Shown here: positions 27,199 through 35,938 of the stretch, in pieces | Numbering within the stretch: position 1 is the first letter of the stretch | Layout: each line of letters opens with the position of its first letter | Assembly: GCA_021736605.1 (NCBI GenBank) | Contig: JAIPFQ010000001.1 | Coordinates: forward strand, 1 to 54,536 | Direction of reading: 5' to 3' | DNA length: 54,536 bases | Origin: Spirochaetales bacterium | GTDB taxonomy: Bacteria; Spirochaetota; Spirochaetia; PWKH01 | Translations under genes and position numbers: made by a program | The notes under the pieces: generated by a model | Seen by the model: the letters and a program-made list of their open reading frames with translations, nothing else | Told to the model about the DNA's origin: nothing | The model's database searches: none

Positions 27199-28671
27199 AT
27201 GAAACTTTTTTTTTATAATACCATGAAAAAGGATATTCAGGAATTCATTCCCATCAGTGAAGATGAAGTGAGAATGTATACCTGCGGTCCTACGGTATAC
27301 AATTATGCACATATTGGGAATCTCAGGACGTATATTTTTGAAGATGTTTTACGACGAAGTCTTGAATATGCAGGTTATACAATCAAGCATGTTATGAACA
27401 TAACAGATGTCGGTCATTTGACGGATGATAACGATGAAGGGGAGGATAAAATGCTTAAATCCTCCCGTGAAACCGGCAGGACTGTATGGGAAATTGCTCG
27501 ATTTTATACCGATGCTTTTTTTCATGATACTGATCGGCTGAATATCATTAGGCCGACTGTAAGCTGCAAGGCTACTGAGCATATTGATACAATGATAGAT
27601 CTTGTAAAAAGGCTTGAAAATAGGGGCTATACCTATCAAACAGGTGGGAATGTCTATTTCAGTATAGATGAGTTTCCTGAATATGGTAAATTGGCTGGGC
27701 AAAAGCTTTCTGACTTAAAAGAGGGTGCTCGAATAGATATTGATGCTGGCAAGAAAAATCCAAAGGATTTTGTATTATGGTTTACTGAATCGAAGTTTAA
27801 TAATCACATCATGGAGTGGGATTCACCCTGGGGGAAAGGTTATCCCGGCTGGCATGTTGAATGCAGTGCCATGAGCATGAAATATTTGGGAGAGACTTTT
27901 GATATCCACTGCGGCGGTACCGACCATATTCCTGTGCACCACACAAATGAAATAGCTCAATCTGAAGCGGCCACGGGAAAGCGCTGGGTTAATTACTGGA
28001 TGCATGCAGAATTCCTTCTGGATGATACCGGAAAAATGTCAAAATCTAAGGGAGAGTTTCTTACCCTTGATCTGCTGATAAAAAAAGGCTTTGCCCCTCT
28101 TGATTACCGCTTCTTTTGCCTAGGTGCACATTATCGCGCCCAGCTCCACTTCTCTTTTGAAGCCCTTGAATCTGCTAGAAAGAGTCGCCGTAATTTAATG
28201 GAGAAGATTGCAGTAATACAGAGGGAAGCGGATAATGCAAGGAGTGAATCTCAAAATAATTCAGCAAATGAAAACCAGGGAAACGAGAATTTAGGATTGG
28301 AGGATATTTCAGTTAAGGCGCGAGGCTATCTGGATGATTTCAGAAGCTTCTTATCCCGAGATCTCAATATGCCGAGGTGCCTATCTGTTTTATGGAAACT
28401 GGTAAAGGATTCTGATGTAATGCCGCAGGAGAAACTAGCTCTTATTAAGGATATGGACTCAGTTCTGGGCTTGAAGCTTATGGAAGCTGCTCCCCAGGAA
28501 GAGGAGGAGGTAGTTTTGGATAAAGAATCACTTGCTCTAATAAAAGAGAGAGAAGAGGCGAGAAAAAGAAAAGACTATTCCCGGGCAGATCAAATTCGTG
28601 ATATACTGTTGAAGAAAGGGATAGAAATAAAAGATACGCCCTCCGGTACTGACTGGAGAAAAAAATTGTAA
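27199..28671 (+). CDS. cysS: Cysteine--tRNA ligase
   Basis: ORF 27052..28671 trimmed to ATG 27199. [16 protein letters not shown]...[20 protein letters not shown] aligns with the CysRS N-terminus. HIGN and KMSKS motifs are present. Confidence 0.9.
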   Translation: MKLFFYNTMKKDIQEFIPISEDEVRMYTCGPTVYNYAHIGNLRTYIFEDVLRRSLEYAGYTIKHVMNITDVGHLTDDNDEGEDKMLKSSRETGRTVWEIARFYTDAFFHDTDRLNIIRPTVSCKATEHIDTMIDLVKRLENRGYTYQTGGNVYFSIDEFPEYGKLAGQKLSDLKEGARIDIDAGKKNPKDFVLWFTESKFNNHIMEWDSPWGKGYPGWHVECSAMSMKYLGETFDIHCGGTDHIPVHHTNEIAQSEAATGKRWVNYWMHAEFLLDDTGKMSKSKGEFLTLDLLIKKGFAPLDYRFFCLGAHYRAQLHFSFEALESARKSRRNLMEKIAVIQREADNARSESQNNSANENQGNENLGLEDISVKARGYLDDFRSFLSRDLNMPRCLSVLWKLVKDSDVMPQEKLALIKDMDSVLGLKLMEAAPQEEEEVVLDKESLALIKEREEARKRKDYSRADQIRDILLKKGIEIKDTPSGTDWRKKL

Positions 28672-28699
28672 CCTTCGTTGGGGTAACGTTGTTAAGCTT

Positions 28700-29227
28700 A
28701 TGGAAGTTAAAAGTAGTGGTTATGAATCATTTCAGCTAGTGTATCGTGAAGTTTTTCCCATTTTAATGAGAGTTGCTTATCACGTTACCTATAATTTAGA
28801 TGCCTCAGAGGATATATGTCAGGAGACATTTATAAGATTCTACAATCGAGGATTGACATTTCCATCAGTAGATGAAGCTAAATACTGGCTGATACGAGTT
28901 ACAAAGAATTTGTCCATCAATTATGTTAAAAGAAAGGGTCGTGAACAGACAGCTTTCAACAAGATGAAAAAGCAGCCCCTTCCTGCCATGAAAACCGGAG
29001 AGGACAACGTACTTAATGATGAGACAAGAAAAATTGTACAAAAGGCAATTCAGCAGTTACCAGAGAAGCTTAGAACTGTTTTAGTATTAAAAGAGTACGG
29101 CAGTTTAAATTATAAAGAGATTGCCAAGATTCTGAGAATTACCGAAAGTAATGTGAAGGTGAGAGCTCACCGTGCGCGATTACAGTTAGTAAAGATGATA
29201 GATCAGGAGGAAATACATGTGTCTTGA
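28700..29227 (+). CDS. RNA polymerase sigma factor, ECF (sigma-70 group 4) family
   Basis: 175 aa. Region 2 is ICQETFIRFY...WLIRVTKNLSINY. The region 4 HTH is LNYKEIAKILRITESNVKVRAHRARLQL. Confidence 0.85.
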   Translation: MEVKSSGYESFQLVYREVFPILMRVAYHVTYNLDASEDICQETFIRFYNRGLTFPSVDEAKYWLIRVTKNLSINYVKRKGREQTAFNKMKKQPLPAMKTGEDNVLNDETRKIVQKAIQQLPEKLRTVLVLKEYGSLNYKEIAKILRITESNVKVRAHRARLQLVKMIDQEEIHVS

Positions 29228-30053
29228 TGATCAAGTATTATCAACATATATAGATGGAGAATTAGTAGAGCCTTGGAAAACTCAAGTTGAAGAGCATTTA
29301 TCTCATTGCAGTGAATGCAGTCAGCGTTACGAAAAGCTGCGCAATCTTCAAGATATGATTTCTTCATCGCAGTTGAGGGAGGATGAATTTGCCCCCCATA
29401 AAAATAGAGTCTGGAAGTATCTCGAGAAAACATGTATGACGTCCCAGCCGGTGAAAATGCGGTATAAAGGCTTGATTTTCTCAAAACCAGTAATATCTGC
29501 TGTTGCAGCAGCTCTTGTTGTTCTTGTTGGATTGAACTTCTTTATTATTCGGGGTGTGAGAAATTCCGGAGGTGACGGGAACATTCCGGTTATTAATACC
29601 TCTTCTGTGCCTGGAGAATCAGACACGAACGGCTTATTAAGTATCCGCACAACAAACCATGAAACTGCTCAGATCTCACCAGAAGATTTGTCTGTTGAAC
29701 AGCTTTTAACACTGCTTGACAGTAAGGGCTTTGATGTTGAACTCAAACTCAAAAATTCTGTAAGCCCTGTTGAGCCGTTAACTGATCCTGAGGCTGATGT
29801 AAAGAGTAAAGGGGATAAGACTGAAGAATCAGTGGATGATAATGGAAGTATTACAAGTACAATTTCTCAACCGAGCTCTCCGTCAGTATCCAGTAACGAG
29901 AAAGATAATGAGGAAACACCTTCAGAAGATTCTGAAGCCGATTCAAACGGAAACGCAGAGAATACAGAATCTAAGGATACGGAAAAAGATATTTTTGATA
30001 AAGCTGATAATGAAAATTTAGGAATAAATATTCCTAAAGCCCAGGATAAATAA
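29217..30053 (+). CDS. Anti-sigma factor (zf-HC2 type) with single TM and acidic low-complexity tail
   Basis: 278 aa. It overlaps the sigma gene by 11 nt. The zf-HC2-like motif is HLSHCSECSQRY and the TM helix is VISAVAAALVVLVGLNFFII. The C-terminal part is rich in Ser, Asp, Glu and Asn. Confidence 0.7.
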   Translation: MCLDDQVLSTYIDGELVEPWKTQVEEHLSHCSECSQRYEKLRNLQDMISSSQLREDEFAPHKNRVWKYLEKTCMTSQPVKMRYKGLIFSKPVISAVAAALVVLVGLNFFIIRGVRNSGGDGNIPVINTSSVPGESDTNGLLSIRTTNHETAQISPEDLSVEQLLTLLDSKGFDVELKLKNSVSPVEPLTDPEADVKSKGDKTEESVDDNGSITSTISQPSSPSVSSNEKDNEETPSEDSEADSNGNAENTESKDTEKDIFDKADNENLGINIPKAQDK

Positions 30054-30130
30054 ATATGTGATGAATTTAGTCTTCAATTGCTTGTAAGATTATTGGTTAT
30101 GATTGATATATACATATTTTGAAAGTAAAG

Positions 30131-30157
30131 AGAGCCTCTTCGGGGCTCTTTTTTTAT
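30131..30157 (+). terminator. Rho-independent terminator after the sigma/anti-sigma pair
   Basis: AGAGCC-TCTTCGG-GGCTCT followed by TTTTTTT. Confidence 0.75.
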
Positions 30158-30298
30158 TTCTCTATTTATCCATGCCGTTGTATTTTAGACTTGATTTTGA
30201 TAGTATAAGCTCCACTAACAGCAAACTGTTCATCCTTCAGACTGCATGCTGCGAAGAACAGCAGGTTGGAAAGTATGAATTTTCTAGGAGCTCCAAAT

Positions 30299-32950
30299 AT
30301 GAAAACTGTAGAATTGTCAAAAGCCTATAATCCAAAAGATTTTGAAGATGCCGTATACGAAAGTTGGAAAAAAAATGAACTTTTTAAACCGGAAGACACT
30401 GATAATGGAAAGCCGCCGTTTGTAATTGTCATACCGCCTCCCAATGTTACTGGAGTTCTCCATATGGGGCACGGCTTAAACAATTCTCTGCAGGATATTC
30501 TCATACGCTTTTATAGAATGATGGGAAACCCTACGCTTTGGCTTCCTGGGACAGATCATGCAGGAATAGCAACCCAGAATGTTGTTGATCGTCAGTTAAA
30601 GGCAAAAGGCATTGATAGACATGAAATCGGGAGAGAGCGCTTTCTTGAAGAAACCTGGAAAGTTAAAGAGAATCACCACACCATAATTAAAAGCCAGCTG
30701 GAAAAAATAGGTGCGTCCTGTGATTGGTCCCGTGAACGTTTTACCTTAGATGAGGGACTGAGCAAGGCAGTTAGAGAAGTTTTTGTTTCACTTTATGAAA
30801 AAGGTCTTATTTATAAAGGTAATTATCTTGTTAACTGGTGTTCATCCTGCGGGACTGCATTGGCAGATGATGAAGTTGAGCACAGGGAGGTTCCGGCTAA
30901 ACTTTATAAAGTGCATTATCCCTATGCTGATGGATCAGGATTTATAGAGATTGCGACAACACGGCCTGAAACAATGCTTGGTGATACTGCTGTGGCCGTA
31001 AATCCTGAAGATGACAGGTACAAAGGGCTGGTTGGAAAGAAAGTTATCCTCCCTATAGCAGATAGGGAAATTCCTATAATTGCTGATAGTTATGTTTCCA
31101 TGGAATTTGGTACTGGGATGGTTAAGATTACACCGGCCCATGATCCTAATGATTATGAAATTGCAGAACGGCATAATTTGCCGAAAATAAATATATTGAA
31201 TCCTGACGGAACGTTAAACAATGATGTTCCGGAAAAATACAGAAATATGGATGTTGTTAGTGCCAGAAAACGCATAGTTGAGGAACTGGAGTCCCTTGGT
31301 CTATTTATCGGATCTGAGAAGCACACCCATCAAGTTGGTCACTGTTATCGGTGTAATACGGTTATTGAACCCTATCTGTCTGATCAATGGTTCGTCAGAA
31401 TGAAATCGATGGCAGATAAAGCTTTAAAAGCACTTGAAGATGATGATATACGATTTTATCCGAAACGTTGGGAAAACACCTATATCCATTGGCTGAAAAA
31501 CATCAGAGATTGGTGTATCAGCCGACAGCTCTGGTGGGGGCATAGAATTCCTGTTTGGTACTGCAGAGACTGCGGCGAAACTATTGTATCCAGGGAAGAA
31601 GTCACTCAGTGCAGCAAATGCGGAAGTTCAAATCTTCATCAGGAAGAAGATGTACTGGACACTTGGTTTTCTTCATGGTTATGGCCGTTTTCAACCCTCG
31701 GCTGGCCGGAAGAGACTGAAGACCTGAAAGAATTTTTTCCCACAACAACGCTGGTAACAGGGTATGACATCATTTTCTTTTGGGTAGCTCGTATGATTAT
31801 GGCAAGTCTTGAATTTATGGATCAAGTCCCTTTTCGGGATATTTATATTACAGGACTTGTTCGGGATAAACAGGGACAAAAGATGTCAAAATCTCTGGGT
31901 AATGGAATTGATCCTCTTGATGTGGTAGATAAATATGGTGCTGATGCTATGAAGTTCACCTTATGCTTTCTATCCAACCAAGGGCAGGATGTTCTCATTG
32001 ATATGAATACCTTCAATTTGGGATCGAAATTTGCAAATAAGATATGGAATGCCGCTCGATACATTCTTATGAATTTGGAGGGGCGGGAACTGCTTTCTAA
32101 AGAGGAACTTAAGCTGAATGATTTTGATAACTGGATTTATCATCAGCTTAATGAAGCAGCTGGAAAGGTTGAAGAATCTATCAAATTATATAAATTTAAT
32201 ATTGCCGGTCAGGCAGTCTATGAGTATTTCTGGAATGATTTCTGTGATTGGTATTTGGAGTTAACTAAGGGGTCCCTTCAAGGTGAAGATGTCGATGAAA
32301 AAAATCGAGCAATCACAGTTCTTCTCGATATTCTCCAGAAGTCACTACGTCTGCTTCATCCCTTTGTTCCCTTCATTTCCGAGGAGATTTATCAGAAAAT
32401 GCCGAATACAGAAGGCTTCCTGATAACAGCAGATTATCCAGCATGGAATGAAAGCTGTCAGAATAAAGTTTTGGCGGAGAATATGGCAGCTTTTCAAGAT
32501 GTAATAAAGGCTGTAAGAACTTTAAGAAGTGAGTTTACCATACAGCCGGAAAAAAAGGTTCCTGTGGGAATTCGTATGAATACTTCTTTCAATGCTAAGG
32601 ATTTCTTTTTGAAACATCAAGCTCAGATTAAGAAATTTATGCGGGCAGAACCGCTTAGTGTAGGATTTGAAATTAAGGATATTTCAGGCAGCGTTCCTGC
32701 CCCAGGCTTGGGATACGAGGCTTTTGTTTATATCCGGGATATGATTGATATTCCTTCTGAGATCCAAAAGTTAAAAAAAGAGTACGATAAACTTGCTAAA
32801 CAGCTTGCAGGGGTTGAGAAAAAATTGGCCAATGAGAAGTTCCTGAAAAATGCTCCTGAAGAGGTTATTGAGAAGGAGAATGGGAAAAAACGCGAATTTT
32901 CTGAGAGAATTGAGAAGGTTAAGAAATATCTGGCGGATCTGAAGAAGTAA
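30299..32950 (+). CDS. valS: Valine--tRNA ligase
   Basis: ORF 30266..32950 trimmed to ATG 30299, with an AGGAG RBS 8 nt upstream. MKTVELSKAYNPKDFEDAVYESW aligns with the ValRS N-terminus. HMGH and KMSKS motifs and a C-terminal coiled coil are present. Confidence 0.92.
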   Translation: MKTVELSKAYNPKDFEDAVYESWKKNELFKPEDTDNGKPPFVIVIPPPNVTGVLHMGHGLNNSLQDILIRFYRMMGNPTLWLPGTDHAGIATQNVVDRQLKAKGIDRHEIGRERFLEETWKVKENHHTIIKSQLEKIGASCDWSRERFTLDEGLSKAVREVFVSLYEKGLIYKGNYLVNWCSSCGTALADDEVEHREVPAKLYKVHYPYADGSGFIEIATTRPETMLGDTAVAVNPEDDRYKGLVGKKVILPIADREIPIIADSYVSMEFGTGMVKITPAHDPNDYEIAERHNLPKINILNPDGTLNNDVPEKYRNMDVVSARKRIVEELESLGLFIGSEKHTHQVGHCYRCNTVIEPYLSDQWFVRMKSMADKALKALEDDDIRFYPKRWENTYIHWLKNIRDWCISRQLWWGHRIPVWYCRDCGETIVSREEVTQCSKCGSSNLHQEEDVLDTWFSSWLWPFSTLGWPEETEDLKEFFPTTTLVTGYDIIFFWVARMIMASLEFMDQVPFRDIYITGLVRDKQGQKMSKSLGNGIDPLDVVDKYGADAMKFTLCFLSNQGQDVLIDMNTFNLGSKFANKIWNAARYILMNLEGRELLSKEELKLNDFDNWIYHQLNEAAGKVEESIKLYKFNIAGQAVYEYFWNDFCDWYLELTKGSLQGEDVDEKNRAITVLLDILQKSLRLLHPFVPFISEEIYQKMPNTEGFLITADYPAWNESCQNKVLAENMAAFQDVIKAVRTLRSEFTIQPEKKVPVGIRMNTSFNAKDFFLKHQAQIKKFMRAEPLSVGFEIKDISGSVPAPGLGYEAFVYIRDMIDIPSEIQKLKKEYDKLAKQLAGVEKKLANEKFLKNAPEEVIEKENGKKREFSERIEKVKKYLADLKK

Positions 32951-33118
32951 CTGAAAGCGGTAATAAGCATTGACATAAGCATAGATTTGTTATAACAATT
33001 AAATTATGTAAAAATATTGATGTAAAACTAATAAAACTTTGTATATAATGCTGTATAGCAAAATATACAAAATTAATATGTATCATCAAGTATGTGTGAT
33101 AAGGAAACAGGAGGCAAC

Positions 33119-34639
33119 ATGAATAATTCTCTAGTTAAGGATTTTATTAAGAAGACCGGGGTGGATAGTGTAACCACTGATATGCTTATATATATTGCGC
33201 AACTTGAAAAAGTTGCTGAAGTATCTCCTGAAATTGCAGGAAATATTGTCAAAGAATTAGAAGACCAGCGTTCGAATCTGAAATTAATTGCTAGTGAAAA
33301 TTACTCCTCCATTGCAGTGCAAGCCGCTATGGGAAATCTTTTTACCGATAAATATGCAGAAGGGTTCCCTTTTCATAGATTTTACGCCGGTTGTGACAAT
33401 GTTGATGATGTTGAATCAATTGCATCAAAAACAGCTTGCGAGCTTTTCGGAGCAGATCATGCCTATGTTCAGCCGCACAGCGGAGCCGATGCGAATTTAA
33501 TTGCTTATTGGGCAATTCTGCAGCATAAGGTTGAAATTCCTGCCCTTGAAGAATTGGGGGAAAAGAATCCAGCAAAATTGGAAAGGGATGACTGGAACAA
33601 AATACGCGAGCAGCTGGGGAATCAGCGCCTTCTTGGATTAGATTACTACTCCGGAGGCCATCTGACTCATGGGTATCGGCATAATGTTTCAGCACAAATG
33701 TTTGATTCCTACACCTATAGTGTCAATAAGGAAACGGGATTGCTGGATTATGATGATATTGAAGAGAAAGCAAAAGAAATAAAACCCCTTATCCTGCTGG
33801 CAGGTTACAGTGCATACCCGAGACTGATAAACTTTAAAAAGATGAAGGAAATAGCTGACGCTGTAGGTGCTGTCCTAATGGTTGATATGGCACATTTTGC
33901 CGGTCTTGTTGCAGGAAAAGTTATGACTGGAGAATATGATCCAGTAGCATACGCAGATGTTGTTACCACAACCACACATAAGACTTTGAGAGGTCCCAGG
34001 GGAGGTATGGTTTTATGTAAGGAAGAATATGCCGAAGCGGTAGATAAGGGTTGTCCAATGGTTATCGGAGGACCGCTGCCGCATGTTATGGCATCAAAAG
34101 CTGTCGCATTTAAAGAAGCATCTTCATCGGAATACAAAGATTACGCGGAAAAAATTGTTGACAATGCCCGAATTCTTGCTGAGTCATGTATGGCGCTGGA
34201 TATTCCTGTTGCATCAAATGGAACAGATAACCATCTTATGCTGCTTGATGTACGTCCATTTGGAATAAACGGAAGACAGGCTGAAAGTGTTCTGCGGGAA
34301 TGCGGCATAACATTAAACAGAAATGCGCTGCCCTTTGATCCTAACGGTCCCTGGTATACCAGCGGATTAAGAATAGGAACTCCTGCTGTTACTACTTTGG
34401 GGATGGGAAGTGACCAAATGAAAGAAATTGCCTCAATCATAAAACTTGTTCTAAACAATACATCTCCTAAAATCTTAACTAAAGGTAAAAATGCTGGAAA
34501 ACCTAGTAAAGCTAAATATGTCATAGATGCAACTGTCATTGAAGCAGCAAGAAAACGAATTTTATCCTTGTTGAATGAATATACACTCTATCCGGATTTG
34601 GATTTACAACTCCTGAAAGAGTATTTTACAGAAAAATAG
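33119..34639 (+). CDS. glyA: Serine hydroxymethyltransferase, long form
   Basis: ORF 33092..34639 trimmed to ATG 33119, with AGGAGG upstream. LIASENY, VQPHSGADAN, GGHLTHG and the PLP-lysine block VVTTTTHKTLRGPRGG are present. Extra N-terminal, internal and C-terminal segments exist relative to the ~417-aa enterobacterial enzyme. Confidence 0.9.
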   Translation: MNNSLVKDFIKKTGVDSVTTDMLIYIAQLEKVAEVSPEIAGNIVKELEDQRSNLKLIASENYSSIAVQAAMGNLFTDKYAEGFPFHRFYAGCDNVDDVESIASKTACELFGADHAYVQPHSGADANLIAYWAILQHKVEIPALEELGEKNPAKLERDDWNKIREQLGNQRLLGLDYYSGGHLTHGYRHNVSAQMFDSYTYSVNKETGLLDYDDIEEKAKEIKPLILLAGYSAYPRLINFKKMKEIADAVGAVLMVDMAHFAGLVAGKVMTGEYDPVAYADVVTTTTHKTLRGPRGGMVLCKEEYAEAVDKGCPMVIGGPLPHVMASKAVAFKEASSSEYKDYAEKIVDNARILAESCMALDIPVASNGTDNHLMLLDVRPFGINGRQAESVLRECGITLNRNALPFDPNGPWYTSGLRIGTPAVTTLGMGSDQMKEIASIIKLVLNNTSPKILTKGKNAGKPSKAKYVIDATVIEAARKRILSLLNEYTLYPDLDLQLLKEYFTEK

Positions 34640-34734
34640 GCAGAATATGCTGCTGAATCTAATAGCTGCTCACTCTGCCTAGTAAAAAATCATTAGATCA
34701 TGAGAAAAAGTACGCCGGTTCAGCTATTTCAGCT

Positions 34735-35937
34735 TTACCGGTGTATTTTTTTTCGTACAATAAATCCTGGTTTTATGGGAACTGATGACTGAATTGTATA
34801 ATATTTTCCATGGTCAGCTTTTCTTACAGGAGCATTTGTTTCATCAAAAAGTTTTACGGAAGAATCTCTAATAAAGGGGATATCCGGTCCAATAAATTCT
34901 AAAGAATCTTCTTCAGTTTTTATTTGATTTTTAACATGTATTTCATAGCGTTGAGCATCAAGTTGTTTCCCTATGGTTCCTAAAAACATATATTCACGGG
35001 TGTAGCTTTTTTGAGTTGTTTCATTCATGTCTTCAGGTTTAAAAAAGAAACCCGTTGAAAATTCACGGTGGCTTACCTTTTCCAATTCATCTCTGTACGG
35101 TTTCCAGGAGGAAGCTGAAGCGCCGGACTCTAAAGCATCAATAGCCTTACGATAAGCCCTCGTTATTACAGAGGTGTAGTAAAGAGATTTCATTCTGCCT
35201 TCAATCTTCAGTGAATCAACACCAGTATCGTTAAGCTCTTTTAGATAATCAATCATACAGAGATCTTTAGAACTGAGAATTGAAGTAAAGTTTTCACCTT
35301 CTGCAACAGGGTAATATTCACCTGGACGCTTCTCTTCTTCCAGAACTCTGTAGTTCCATCGACAGGAGTGAGAGCAGTCTCCTTGATTGGCACTTCTGCC
35401 TGCCATGTAACTGCTTAGAAAACAGCGCCCTGAGTAAGCCAAGCACATTGCTCCATGGACAAACACTTCAAGTTCTACATCAGGGACTGCTTTTCTTATG
35501 AAGCTGATTTCTCGAAGAGGAGTTTCTCGTCCTAAAATGATACGACTGAATCCAAGATCCCTGTATATTTTTGCTGATTCGGCATTTATACAATTTGCCT
35601 GGGTGCTGAGATGAAGAGGGATAGAAGGAAATCGTTTCTGCAGGAGTTTCAGAATTCCTAGATCACTAATTATGAATGCATCCAGGGGATATTGAGATAT
35701 GTAGTCAATATTTTCTTCCAGCTTTTGTATATCACTGTTTTGGAAAAAAATATTCAAGGCTCCAAATAGTTTTCCATCACCTTTGACAGCCTTGATATCT
35801 TTATACTCTTCAGAGGAAAAATTGTCAGCCCTTGCTCTAAGAGAGAAATTTTTTATGCCTATATATGCAGCATCAGCACCATAGGTGTAAGCATAGAACA
35901 ATTTTTCTAAATTTCCCGCGGGAGCAAGTAATTCCAT
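34735..35937 (-). CDS. Peptidase U32 family protein
   Basis: ORF trimmed to ATG 35937 (MELLAPAGN), with a GAGGAAA RBS inside the end of lon. The U32 signature is EVFVHGAMCLAYSGRCFLS. Confidence 0.85.
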   Translation of the reverse strand: MELLAPAGNLEKLFYAYTYGADAAYIGIKNFSLRARADNFSSEEYKDIKAVKGDGKLFGALNIFFQNSDIQKLEENIDYISQYPLDAFIISDLGILKLLQKRFPSIPLHLSTQANCINAESAKIYRDLGFSRIILGRETPLREISFIRKAVPDVELEVFVHGAMCLAYSGRCFLSSYMAGRSANQGDCSHSCRWNYRVLEEEKRPGEYYPVAEGENFTSILSSKDLCMIDYLKELNDTGVDSLKIEGRMKSLYYTSVITRAYRKAIDALESGASASSWKPYRDELEKVSHREFSTGFFFKPEDMNETTQKSYTREYMFLGTIGKQLDAQRYEIHVKNQIKTEEDSLEFIGPDIPFIRDSSVKLFDETNAPVRKADHGKYYTIQSSVPIKPGFIVRKKIHR

Positions 35938-35938
35938 A

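Noticed and set aside
30103-30330. 75-aa ORF upstream of valS
   Set aside because: It begins before and reads through the rho-independent terminator at 30131-30157, then overlaps the valS RBS and start.
32951-33118. Riboswitch or T-box leaders upstream of glyA, valS (30158-30298), cysS and asnS
   Set aside because: The spacers are short, AT-rich and lack the conserved T-box, glycine or THF riboswitch cores that I can recognise. I see only sigma-70-like hexamers, for example TTGTAT-17-TAGTAT at 30178-30206.
33805-34539. Two minus-strand ORFs (110 and 132 aa) inside glyA, and similar antisense ORFs inside GH9/GH20, valS, lon, recJ and dctM
   Set aside because: All are antisense to genes with clear catalytic motifs, and none has an RBS or a recognisable fold. 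The same reasoning applies to the other short overlapping ORFs in the track.
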